Part shown: piece by piece, positions 15,246 through 26,282 of the stretch | Layout: each line of letters opens with the position of its first letter | How positions within the stretch are numbered: the first letter of the stretch is position 1 | Notes under the pieces: generated by a model | Database searches by the model: none | What the model was told of the DNA's origin: nothing | What the model saw: only the letters and a program-made list of their open reading frames with translations | Made by a program: the position numbers and the translations under genes | From: Chrysomallon squamiferum | Taxonomy: Eukaryota; Animalia; Mollusca | Direction of reading: 5' to 3' | Assembly: GCA_012295275.1 (NCBI GenBank) | Contig: CM022673.1 | Coordinates: forward strand, 9,052,001-9,116,000 | DNA length: 64,000 nt

Positions 15246-16415
15246 CATATTTATCACTGCGATTGCACCTTTATAATTTATCTTTTATTTAGATTAAAAG
15301 GATTTATTTAGCCGAAAAGATTATTTGTTTAGACAAAAATAACTATTATTTAGACAAAAAAAAAAAACAACAAAAAAAAAAAAAAATAATAATAATAATA
15401 AAAAAAATAATAGTAATAATAATAATAAATAAATAAATAAATAAATACAAATTTTAAATTTAAAATTTAAAAAAAAAATAAAAAAACCCATACAAAATAT
15501 TATTTGTTTAGATTTAATATTTAAAAAAAAAAAAAAAAAAAATTAAAAATTTCTTTTTTTAATTTTAAAAAGTACATATATCTAACGAAACGGAATAAAT
15601 AGAACAAACATTAATTTCAGCAATGAAATAATAAAAGAAGAAAATCCATCACAACTGGTTATGACATAAAAAAAAAAAATAATAATAATAATAATAATAA
15701 ATAAAATAAAAAATTTAAATTTAAAAAAAATAATTAATAAAACCCCTCCCCCAACATTATGACAGGTAAGTAGCATTCGTATTGTTTGATTACTACTTAG
15801 TCCAGCCTTCTTTCTTTCTTTCTTTCTTTTTTTTTTTTTTTTTTTTTTTATTTTTTATTTTTTTTTTTTTTTTTTTAAGTGTCATCTCATGCAAAGGCAT
15901 TTTACTAAATTTCGAATATCTATTATCCAAGATTTACTGTATTATTATATATTATTTTCATTACATTATAAACTCTATATACATCTTTGTCATGAAGTAA
16001 GTGAGAGATTGTAGACGTCAACCCTTGCTGAAATCTATCCATCAGAGGTCAGGAGATATCATATAGTCAGTTATGCATTCATAAGTATGCAGTGCACCTC
16101 AAAAGCTGTTGAGTTATGAATAAATGTTATAAATAAAGATGAGTTCTATTCTATAAGTGTTTTACAACGTTTGTTCCCAAAACAAAGACGTGCATTATAT
16201 GTACGTGATAAAGCAGTCCTGTTGTGAAATATTTTGTGTCATGTTATTTAGCGTGATTCGTACAATATTCCTCGCCTAGATCATCTCGTCCCAGATTTAC
16301 GCTTTGCTGACTATGTTAAGATGCATGTAAATGATCTTTACTGTTAACGTGATGACGTCTGATTTCGATAACAAGACTCCTCTGTCATATAATTATATGT
16401 TTTCTTCACTTCGAA

Positions 16416-16446
<31 letters not shown>

Positions 16447-16679
16447 GATAAAGAAAAACCCAAGAAAAACATCAACGAAAAAAAAAAAAAAAACAAGAAG
16501 AAAAACACCAAATCCCCTAAAAAAAACATACACACACACACACAAAAAAAAAAAAAAAAACAACAATAATATTAAATATTCTTTGCTGTTAACAGATGAT
16601 TTTATTTATTTATTTATTTGTTTTGTTTTGTTTTGTTGTTTTTTTTTGTTGTTTTTTTCATTTTATTTTATCTTAATTT

Positions 16680-16718
<39 letters not shown>

Positions 16719-17713
16719 TATGTTTGTATATATCTCAAATAATAACGATTAGCATTATAATATACTGAAGTATAGTTTGAAAAATAAATCTGTCGTCTAT
16801 TATGTATTTTATTTCAGAGCGACGATATCATAAAGTTTTAGGCGTACATGTTTACATACAAGCTTTTTCTCCTTTATAAAAAAAAAAAACAAAAAAAAAC
16901 ATCAACAAATAAATGAAAATGTGTCTGTCCCGAGATTAAAACGAACTTCGTGAATGTTGTTGTAAGTGTTACTGTGTTGGTTAACTATTAGTTACGTGAC
17001 TTAATAATTATCATAACATTATATGTTATAGCAGTTAAGTTAAATGCTCAAAATATTAATTATGTGACATATTAATTATCATAACATTATGGTAAAGTTA
17101 TCCAAATAATGTTTTGAGTCACCATACTCGAAGAGTTAAAATTAGAATTAAGCTGCATTTTTATACAATCAATATCTGATTCAAAGATAAAATAATATTA
17201 ATAATACAGTGGTACCTCGACTTACGAGTGCTCCAAAATACAAGTTTTTCGAGCTACGAGCAGTCGCCCGGTCGACTTCTTGCTTTGAGTTGCGAGCCAA
17301 AAATCCGACTTACGAGCGAACTTCAGATTTTCCGCCAGCATTCCGTATGTTACTCGTTTACTTCACGTGGTTACCTTGCCGCGGTTATTTCGTTTTATTT
17401 TACACATGTATAGTTATCATTTAGTGGTTGAGGACGTGGGAGTTGGCGTTTAATGAAATACTATAATTCTTAATTCTTTTAATTTTCCCTAACAGATTTT
17501 GTTAGAAATAAATATATAATTCAAACTCTCTATGGAGCATATACAGGTTACATCAAACTGATCAACAAATCAAAAATACCATACAGAAGCAGGATAACCA
17601 TTTGTCACTGCTTCCGACGTAAACAAAAATAACGCAAAATGTAGTTACCGACATATCTGCTTAATGATGGCCGCCAACCACCCACTCCAACCCGTGTCTT
17701 CTCTTTGTTCTTT

Positions 17714-18112
17714 GGATGGATGGATGGATGGAGAACTCTTTTTACGTGCCCACGTCCAATTCAAGGTTCGGGCACGCCTATCCCAGATCCGATCTCTGGG
17801 ATCGCCAGGGATGGGTTCCGGGACAGGAGAGGGGAAGGGAAAAGGGGGAAAAGGAATGGGAGGGGAAGGGTGCAAGTGCATTTGAAGTGGGCAATTTGGA
17901 ATAAACCTTTGAGTGGTTTTTACTTATTAACATCCGAAAGGGTGCAGTAGAGATACATATATACAGACCCCTACACAGACACACATGTACACATATGTGG
18001 GTATATATATATATATATATACATATACATACACACATCCACACACATATACATATATATATGCACTGGCCACTGTTTAAGGGGTTTTATTTATTTATAT
18101 TTATTTATTTAC

Positions 18113-18147
<35 letters not shown>

Positions 18148-21100
18148 CTTAGTTTCTACTACTAAATAAAAAAAAAAAAAAAAAAAGGCTCGTCGTGACA
18201 TCGTGTCGGGCATCTTTTTGCTTGTTGTTGTTGTTAGCGTCCCGTTGTTGTTGCTTTTTGGAGTTCAGACGTCGAGGGGAGGTTGCCAGTTGGTTCTGTG
18301 GTTGGACACGGGTGTGTTTATGTTGTGTAGTGTTTTGTAAAATTGTGTTTATATTCTCATTTTTGTTGTTTCCACGAACCGCATTATCAGGTTGTCTACT
18401 TGTTTTTTTAGGTGTTTGGGGGGGTTGAAAATGTCAGCTGGAGTAAATCTGACTTTGATGTTTGTTAAAGCTGTGTTGAGTTTGCGTCTGTCCTTGTCGT
18501 ATTTGATGCAGTAAAAAATATAGTGTCTGACGTTGTCCAGTTTATGGCATGTGCCGCACTTGTCACTCACGGTGTTGTCGAGTCTATGTCTGCTGTCGTT
18601 TAGTCCGAAGGTCACTCCCACTCTGAGACGGGTTAAAGTTTGAGTTGTTTTGTTGTTGTCTGATAGTGGGCTGGGCGAGTTGACTTTTGGTTTGATTATG
18701 TAGTGCCATAGTCTAGTCTTGTTGTCCCAGTCTTGTTGCCACGATTCTATCTGCTTATTGTGCGCTATGGTCATGATTTCGTTCACGTTGTATTTAGAGT
18801 CAAAGTCGATCGTGTCGTCGTCAAGCGAGTGTTTAGCGTTTTTGTCTGCCAGCTCGTTTCCAGTAACACCCACGTGGGCGGGTACCCACTCGAAGGTGAC
18901 CTTGTGTCCTCTGTAGGTGATACAGTTTGTGATTTCGATAATCTGTCTAATGTACTGGGAGCTGCTGAATTTGAGTTTGTGCAGAGCTTGCAGTGAGCTG
19001 AGGGAGTCAGTCAGTATGAGGTATTTCTTTTTTTGGCTATTGACGTAAGTTTGAGTTAAGACCCATTTAAGTGCCGAGAGAATAGCTATTAGTTCCGTAG
19101 TGAAGACGGATAGGTTGTTGGTCAGTCTACCTTTGTAGTTGAAGGGTACGTCGGGTAGTTCCGGCCTGACATGAAAGGCCATGCCGGTTCTTCCCGTGAG
19201 AGGGTCTTTGGAGCCGTCCGTGTATATTTGTACGAAGTCCGAGTAGTTGTCGCTTAGTGCTGCTCTAAAAATTACGTTTTTAAATGGGTCGTGTTCCGTC
19301 GTCGATACTGCCTGTTTAAGCGTTAGAGGTATGTCAAGTTGTTTCATTGTCCATGGGGGTTCTAAGGGTGACGGGTTGTTTTCAAGTTCTAGGTCCAGTA
19401 GGTTGAGTCTTTTTGCTGTCCTGTGTGTGTCGTTGAGTGATGCTTCTCTGTCGTTGATGTAGGGTAGGTTGTTTGGGATTATTGTGTTTATGGGATGGGT
19501 GGGGATGAGATTTTTTATTTTGAACCAGTGTTTGAGACACTGTGTGCTGCGTCGGATTCGCAGCGGCAGCATGTTTAGTTCCACAAACAGACTGTCCGTC
19601 GGTGTGCCTGGGAATACCCTGGCAACAATTCTGAGTGCCTTGTTGTAGACGGTGTCTAGCCGTTTTAGTTGGTATTCAGACACACCGCTGAACGCCTGGG
19701 ATCCATACTGGAGTCTCGACACTATTAATGCTTCGAACACCATCAAGAGAGATGACCTGTCAGCTCCCCATTTGGCGTTCGAAAGCACTTTCGTGTATTG
19801 GTTCATGTATTGTGTGCACGTGTTGATTGTGTTGGTGATGTGTTGTTTAAAGTTAAGGCACCTGTCGAAGGTGACTCCCAGGAATTTGACTGCGTTTACT
19901 TGTGGGATTTTTGTGTTGTTGTAGTGTAGGTCTATTTTATTGTGTTTACTGTTGACTTTTCTCCCAAAGGTTACGGTGACAGTCTTGGATTGGGAGATGG
20001 TGACTCCCCAAGTTTCCGCCCAATTTTGTAAGTTATTTAAGTCTTTTTGCAGATCTGTTTCGATTTGTTTAAGACAGTTTCCAGCACGCCAAAAGGCTGT
20101 ATCATCCGCAAATAAGCCTATGCTAAGCTTAGTTGCGGTTTTCGATTTAGTGGCTAGTTTATGTGCTAGGTCATTAATAAAAATGCTAAAAAGAGTAGGG
20201 GCGATAACTGAACCCTGGCGGATCCCATTCTCCAAATCCAAGCTGTCTGAGAAGTTTTCGTTTACATTGACCGTAAAGGATCTATTTTTCAAGAACGCTT
20301 CTATAAAGCCGAACATAGGGCCTCTTATGCCCATGTTGTAGACTTTGATTAGAAGACCATGTCTCCAGACCATCTCATAGGCTTTTTCTATGTCAACAAA
20401 CACTCCTACCACTTTTTGTCCAGTAAACAAAGACTCGGATATTTCAGATTGTAATCTGGTTATGTGGTCGCTTGTGGAGTGGTTTTTTCGGAAACCACTT
20501 TGAAAGGCCGAAATGAGTTGGTTCTTTTCCAGAAAATGTGTTAGGCGTTTGTTGACCATATCCTCCATGGTTTTGCAGACACAGGACGTTAGTGAGATAG
20601 GACGATAGTTGGAGGGGTTGGAAAGATCCTTGCCCTGTTTTGGAAGGCTGAAGACATCAGCATGCTTCCATTTGAGGGGAAGGTATCCTTCCTTCCAGAT
20701 AGTGTTATAGAGTTCCAGAAATAGATTTAGCATGTCTGTGGGCATGTTTTGAAAGAATAGGTAGGAGAATTTGTCTGGCCCTGGGGCCGTTCCTTTACGG
20801 TCGGAGAAGGCCGCTGTCATTTCTGGGAGTGTGAAGGGAATATTATATTTTGTTCCTGGGGTTTTTGAGTCAGGTGGAATTTTGTTGACTGTTTCTAATT
20901 TATTTTTAATTTTTCGAAATTTGGGGGGAAAGTTGTTTGTACTCGAGTTGTGTTTAAAGACATCTCCCAGAGCAGCGGCCTTCTCTTTGTTTGTATGGAG
21001 GTTTTTGTTGCGGACGAGTAGTGTGTTCTTGCTAATTGGTTTGCCCTGTATGCGTTTGATTCTGGCCCAAATTTCCTTACTAGATGTGTTGATGTTGATA

Positions 21101-21879
21101 GATGTGCAGAAGGTTTTCCACGATTCTCTTTTTGCATGTAGCACGGCTTGTGAGACTTTGTGTTTACTGATTTTGAGGTTTGCGAGGTTGGTTGCCGAGT
21201 TATGTTTTTGGTATGTTTTGCGATGTTTGTTGCGTGCCTTTGTGAGGAGTTTTAGTTCTTCACTCCACCAAGGGACTGAATTATTTTTGTATTTATAATT
21301 AGAAATTGGAATAGTTTTATAAGCAATGCTAATTATTTTGTCAGTTAAATTTTGGTTAAAAGTGTCGATATTATTGCTTCGAATGAGTTTAGGATCTGTT
21401 TCCAGACATTGTTTTTTAAATTCAGTCCAGTTGGCTTTCGTGAAGTTCCATTTGTGTTTGTTTATTGTTACCTCTTTCCAGTTATTTTGTGTGTTGTATG
21501 AGATGAGTATTGGTAGGTGATCGCTGTTGAGGTTGTTGAGAACTGTCCATTCGCATTTAGAGGCTATTGTTTCAGACACTGTTGAGATATCAATGCATGA
21601 CCAGGTGTTGTATATGTCTGATAGGAAGGTTGGCGTGCCATCGTTCAGACATATGTGTTTGTTAAGTTCCATAAATTTTTCGACGATGATCCCCTGTTTG
21701 CCTGTACTAGAGGAACCCCATAGGTGGTTTCTGCTGTTGAAGTCCCCTAGTACGATGGAGTTGTCGATAAATTTAGCGGGAATGCTTTTTAGTGTAGTGT
21801 TCGAGTGTTATGTTGTAATGATTTTTGCCTGGGTGGGTGTAATAGTTAAATATGTTAATGTCTTCATCCTGGCCATTAA
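17714..21879 (-). mobile_element. Non-LTR retrotransposon (I group, I/Nimb-like LINE), 5'-truncated
   Basis: ORF2 with RT and RNase H; ~630-bp 3' UTR ending in (TCCA)n; GTTCTTT at 17707-17713 and 21880-21886 as candidate TSD. Confidence 0.9.
18349..21672 (-). CDS. LINE ORF2 (partial AP endonuclease, reverse transcriptase, RNase H, C-terminal CCHC)
   Basis: APE: in-frame upstream IVLGDFNSRNHLWGS, then NDGTPTF, SCIDIS, SDHLPI. RT: APGPD, YRPISLTS, QSGFR, DIEKAYE, QGSVIAP, LFADD, KFLGV. RNase H: IYTDGSK, ELIAI, TDSLS, WVPAHVGVTGNELAD. CGTC...H....C. The ATG at 21672 is internal, not the native start. Confidence 0.95.
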   Translation of the reverse strand: MELNKHICLNDGTPTFLSDIYNTWSCIDISTVSETIASKCEWTVLNNLNSDHLPILISYNTQNNWKEVTINKHKWNFTKANWTEFKKQCLETDPKLIRSNNIDTFNQNLTDKIISIAYKTIPISNYKYKNNSVPWWSEELKLLTKARNKHRKTYQKHNSATNLANLKISKHKVSQAVLHAKRESWKTFCTSININTSSKEIWARIKRIQGKPISKNTLLVRNKNLHTNKEKAAALGDVFKHNSSTNNFPPKFRKIKNKLETVNKIPPDSKTPGTKYNIPFTLPEMTAAFSDRKGTAPGPDKFSYLFFQNMPTDMLNLFLELYNTIWKEGYLPLKWKHADVFSLPKQGKDLSNPSNYRPISLTSCVCKTMEDMVNKRLTHFLEKNQLISAFQSGFRKNHSTSDHITRLQSEISESLFTGQKVVGVFVDIEKAYEMVWRHGLLIKVYNMGIRGPMFGFIEAFLKNRSFTVNVNENFSDSLDLENGIRQGSVIAPTLFSIFINDLAHKLATKSKTATKLSIGLFADDTAFWRAGNCLKQIETDLQKDLNNLQNWAETWGVTISQSKTVTVTFGRKVNSKHNKIDLHYNNTKIPQVNAVKFLGVTFDRCLNFKQHITNTINTCTQYMNQYTKVLSNAKWGADRSSLLMVFEALIVSRLQYGSQAFSGVSEYQLKRLDTVYNKALRIVARVFPGTPTDSLFVELNMLPLRIRRSTQCLKHWFKIKNLIPTHPINTIIPNNLPYINDREASLNDTHRTAKRLNLLDLELENNPSPLEPPWTMKQLDIPLTLKQAVSTTEHDPFKNVIFRAALSDNYSDFVQIYTDGSKDPLTGRTGMAFHVRPELPDVPFNYKGRLTNNLSVFTTELIAILSALKWVLTQTYVNSQKKKYLILTDSLSSLQALHKLKFSSSQYIRQIIEITNCITYRGHKVTFEWVPAHVGVTGNELADKNAKHSLDDDTIDFDSKYNVNEIMTIAHNKQIESWQQDWDNKTRLWHYIIKPKVNSPSPLSDNNKTTQTLTRLRVGVTFGLNDSRHRLDNTVSDKCGTCHKLDNVRHYIFYCIKYDKDRRKLNTALTNIKVRFTPADIFNPPKHLKKQVDNLIMRFVETTKMRI

Positions 21880-22496
21880 GTTCTTTGTCTCTCTCCTCTC
21901 TTTTGTCTTTTACTTAAATAAACACGACGCGGACGTCCCTGAAGTCAGCAGAGCTGAGCTGACAAAAATTCCTTTTGTCTCTCGCTAATGATCGTTAATT
22001 GTTAGGTGACTTCAGTAACTGGATTACTGTTAACTAACAGTAGGCTCTTAATTAATACATATTGTTAGGAATATTTGTAGAAATGAACGGTTAACATATT
22101 TACTTACTTTAATGATGCATACAGGTTAATTATGGGATGTTAAACTGTAATAAAGTAAGCTATTTAGGTAAATAGTAAATATGTTACCAACATTTTCAAA
22201 AGCAACTGTATCTTAAATGTACAACAATATAAAATACTGTAATAAGTGGGAAAAAAAATAAAAATAGCTACCAGCGAGTTCTATAAATAGGTGTAAACTA
22301 AATTGCGATCCGTGGCTTAGTAAATAAGTTAGGACCATTTTGCTAAAGAAACACAGTAAACAGTACATCTAATTATCGCTGAGAAAACTTCCACAGCTTG
22401 AACGAGGCCCTATTAGGGTATGGCGAAGGGCCCTACTACGTAAGATAAAAAAAACAAACAAAAAAACAACAACAAAAAAACGGTTTACCGTCATTC

Positions 22497-22601
22497 TTGG
22501 CTAGGCAATACAAGCGTATTACTTCTACGATGTGTACCGTACTGAAGCTGAAGGAGTCGACAAAGGCTATAACTCCAGCCACAGGTGTTAAAATAATTTG
22601 T
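22497..22601 (+). pseudogene. Tigger/pogo transposase N-terminal (HTH_psq-like) remnant
   Basis: Translates LARQYKRITSTMCTVLKLKESTKAITPATGVKIIC, resembling TIGD1-like transposase N-termini; lies between the TIRs. Confidence 0.7.
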
Positions 22602-22721
22602 CTCTTCTCCAAGATAAAGACACTTTACTAAACAAAATTATTTCTTTACATTCTCTTTTATTTTGTTTTCATACAATATTTGTCATTTATAAATACCCTT
22701 TTTTATTATTTAAAAAAAAAC

Positions 22722-22759
<38 letters not shown>

Positions 22760-24059
22760 AAGTGATTTTTGTAGGGCTAGAACGGATTAATGGTATTTCA
22801 GTTTATTTCAGTTGGGAAAATTGATTTGGTATACGAACAAATTGAAATACAGGCTCGGTCACGGAACGAATTAAACTCGTAAGTCAAGGTACACAGTATT
22901 CATAATAATAATAATAATCATAAGAAGAAGAAGAAGAAGAAGAAAAATCAATGATCAAAATGATGAGGATGAACAATTTAAAATTTAATTATCAAAATAT
23001 ATATATACCTGAGCAAAATGAAAAATAAAACTATAAACGTGAACCATCAGTTTGCACCGAAATTTGTTTTTGAAAGATTGAAATAAGTTTATTAAGTTCA
23101 GCAAGTTATGTAAAATAAATTTCAGGAAAATAATGAAACAATGATTTTTGTAGAAAGAAGATCTAAAAGATATAACCCACTATCGAACAGATTATTCTGC
23201 AGAGATACACCTTAGGTGATAAAAAGAGACAGAAAGAGACAGAGGAAAGAAGAGAGACTGATAGGACCAGAGACAGACAGGGAAAGAGACAGATAATGAC
23301 AGGGGAAACTTGTTTTGTTCAAAGAGGCGTTTGCTGTGCATTCTTCACAATCTTGTATGCAATTCAGACTCTTCACGCTTCGTATTGTGAGTAATCTGAC
23401 CTAACTGGGCGGTGACGTTATTCTCAAATTCAGTTTGCAGATGTGTTAAAGCAGTTTTGAAGCCCACACACGGGGTTATAATCTGACTGATTATATGACG
23501 TAATGAGATTAACGTTAATCATACACAGTCAGTCCAGTTTCGACCGAAAGATTAAAAACTAAGAGTCTAATACTATACTCATCCTTCTCTATCTTAGTGT
23601 TGACACCTGTCTCGATGGATAGACAAAAGGAACTTTTCAGCAGACGTTACTTGCACATTTGTGTGATCATTCGTGCGTAACAAAAACACGAAGGAATAAT
23701 ACGTGAACGTAATGACAAGTATTTTACTTATGTAATATATAGCATGCTACTGGCAAAAACGAAACGAACAAAGAGATAATGCATACAGTTAGGGATTTAT
23801 AACATACGAATTTACAGACTGTATTATTAATGCAAATGAAATTATAGAAATTAACAGTAAAAATGAACATTCCGATGGGTCGAGGAGAAGTTTGGAGTGA
23901 AAATTCGGGAAAGTTTCGAAATGCACTCGTCATTTGAACGGGAAGCTGGAGTGAAGCGGACTCAGAAAGAACGCAGTAACAACGGAATGTGCCGAGTATC
24001 CACGAACAGAGTCGACAGAAAAGTCTAAACCTAGCCTTAGCCGCGGCATCACTGTCAGA

Positions 24060-24118
24060 CGAGCGGTCGTAAAGTCAAACAGTCGTAAGTCGCATGGGAC
24101 GTAAATCAACGACTGACA
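24060..24118. mobile_element. Degenerate end of another Tigger-like element
   Basis: GGTCGTAAAGTCAAACAGTCGTAAGTCGCATGGGACGTAAATCAACGACT: three GTCGTAAGTC-like subterminal repeats. Confidence 0.35.
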
Positions 24119-24440
24119 AGATTATCGCAACTCCATATACACTAAATACACCTCATGATACTATAATAAAGAATACAACAATATATTGCATTACACTATA
24201 TTACCATATATCATTACACTGTATAACACTACGCAGCACTACACTGTATTGTTTTACTCTGAAGTAATCCAAGAGGACACTGTAATACTCCGCATTACAT
24301 TAACTACTCTATACTCTGTACTATACTGCGTCATAAATATGTGAGGTTATATGAGGTCAAATATTCGGTTTCATTACACGACTTCATGCAATCTTTTAAA
24401 AACTAACAAAATAAAAGATATCATCATCAGAGAACACATA

Positions 24441-24442
<2 letters not shown>

Positions 24443-24471
<29 letters not shown>

Positions 24472-24812
24472 CCGTCTAAATGATAATATTTTCATATATA
24501 CGTACAAACACACATACATACACACACACACACACACACATATAGATATAGATATATATATATATATATATATATAAACACACACACATATATATGTCTA
24601 CATATATTCACATGATAACCGTCTAAATGATTATAATTTCATACGCACATACTTACATACACATACATACATACATTATTCATACACATACATACACACA
24701 CACACATATATATACATACACACACATACACATGCACACACACACACACATATATCTACATATTATATATGTACACACACACACATACACACGCACACAC
24801 ACACACACATAC
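24443..24812. repeat. Compound (TG)n/(CA)n/(TA)n microsatellite block
   Basis: Directly visible; inverted counterpart at ~63840-64000. Confidence 0.9.
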
Positions 24813-25414
24813 AGATATTTTTGAAGACCTGTATTGCAATTTTTAAAAAACAATTATTTTTGGAATGTTGGCAATTACTTTGAAAACATGACAGCATAGA
24901 TGAAATGCTACAGATGATAATAAAACGAAGGTATGACACGTAATTAATTAAAATTACTATCAAGTGTTTAACATTCTTTTACTTCACTATTCTGTCTTGG
25001 GGCTGTGGACTGAACGGGGAAATCATCCTTAGGCAAGAGAAGAGAAATATAACACCAACGTCTGGGCTATATTACCTCTAAGCTACAAACCTCTGACATA
25101 TACACATTAACAGCTACCATTGTTATATAAATCGGGCTATTAAAAGCCTTTGCTGTGATTCTTGAAAGTTTTTAATTATCTTAAACGGGTTTAATTAAAC
25201 CACGAACAAGTCACTAGCGGCAGACTATTAAAAATCGCAAGTGTCCACTTTAATTGACATACTTATTGTATTTTCCCAGATTTCGAAAATTTCTTTTCAA
25301 GTGAAATGATGCAGTTAATTGTCCTAAATCGCTGTTTACGACTTCAGCTAGCACTTCCATTGTGTGAGAGGGAATGAGTTTTAATTTCTGTCACATTTAT
25401 ATGACCCTTGTACC

Positions 25415-26282
25415 CAGGGCCGGCGCTACTGTATAGGGAAACTAGGCAGTCGCCTAGGGCGCTGATCTCACGGGGCGCAAATCAACAACAGTTTTGAAAA
25501 ATAAATAAATACATTTCAGTTTTATTTAGGGTCGTTTTTTAATTCTGGTTTATTTCATACAGAGACAAATTCTCGGGCATATTCAGTCTGACCGAAACAA
25601 ACAAAAATGAGAGAGTGAAAATCACGCGTTACACGAAACTTCCAGGACTTAAGTACGTTTCGCGTGTTTTTTTTACAGACCACGAGTTTTTCCGTAGAAT
25701 CGCGCGCAACCTTCAGTTAACCGCGGAACCTCCTTATTTAATGGTATAAACAAGGAAAGAAAAGGCCTGTGTGTGGTATTTAAATGTCCTCGACAGAAAA
25801 ATCTTGCCTCTAAAGATTGCATAGAGTGTTGATAAAAATGTATTTAATATTGTTTCAGGCGTGGAGTGACACCAGTGATGTTGGCTGCCGTGTCTGCCTT
25901 TAAGGGACCAAAAACACAAATAATAAACACTGCTTCACTGTCTTGGAAAAGCTATCTAAAATGAGATAAATACTATTCCATAATTCTGGATTGAATACCT
26001 GAAGTTAGTCATATTGAACAAATGACAATAAATGTTTTGTTGATGTAATCAGAACATCAGATAATGGGATAACTGAGCCTGAAGTCATCACTAAGGTCTA
26101 TCTTTATATTTGTTTTGCTTGTTTTAATTTTACAAATAAAATAGTATCAAATAATGTTTTTCGTGGGTGTCCGGACAATTTTAGCTCAAATGTTGAACTT
26201 TATTTTTTTAAATGTATTGTTTAAATATTTTAAAACTGATATTTTCCTGGGGGTTCCAGTATCTAATCTTGCCTAGGCCCTG
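25415..26282. mobile_element. hAT-like non-autonomous element
   Basis: Begins CAGGGCCGGCGC, ends GGCCCTG; 8-bp flanks CTTGTACC / CTTATATC (6/8 match, decayed TSD); GCCTAGG motif near both ends. Confidence 0.6.

Larger units (their letters stand above)
17207..22896 (+). mobile_element. Tigger/pogo-like DNA transposon, internally deleted (~1.5 kb without the LINE), interrupted by a LINE
   Basis: TA|CAGTGGTACCTCGACTTACGAGT at 17207; ACTCGTAAGTCAAGGTAC-ACAG|TA ending 22896 (imperfect TIR, TA TSD); transposase remnant at 22497-22601. Confidence 0.8.

Noticed and set aside
17730-17830. HDV-like or hammerhead ribozyme in the LINE
   Set aside because: Only simple hairpins seen; no pseudoknot or catalytic core could be assigned, and the location is 3'.
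17645-18044. Cluster of Pro/Gly-rich ORFs
   Set aside because: Arise from the GC-skewed LINE 3' UTR.
18719-21988. Plus-strand ORFs overlapping the LINE
   Set aside because: Antisense shadows of ORF2 with no motifs.
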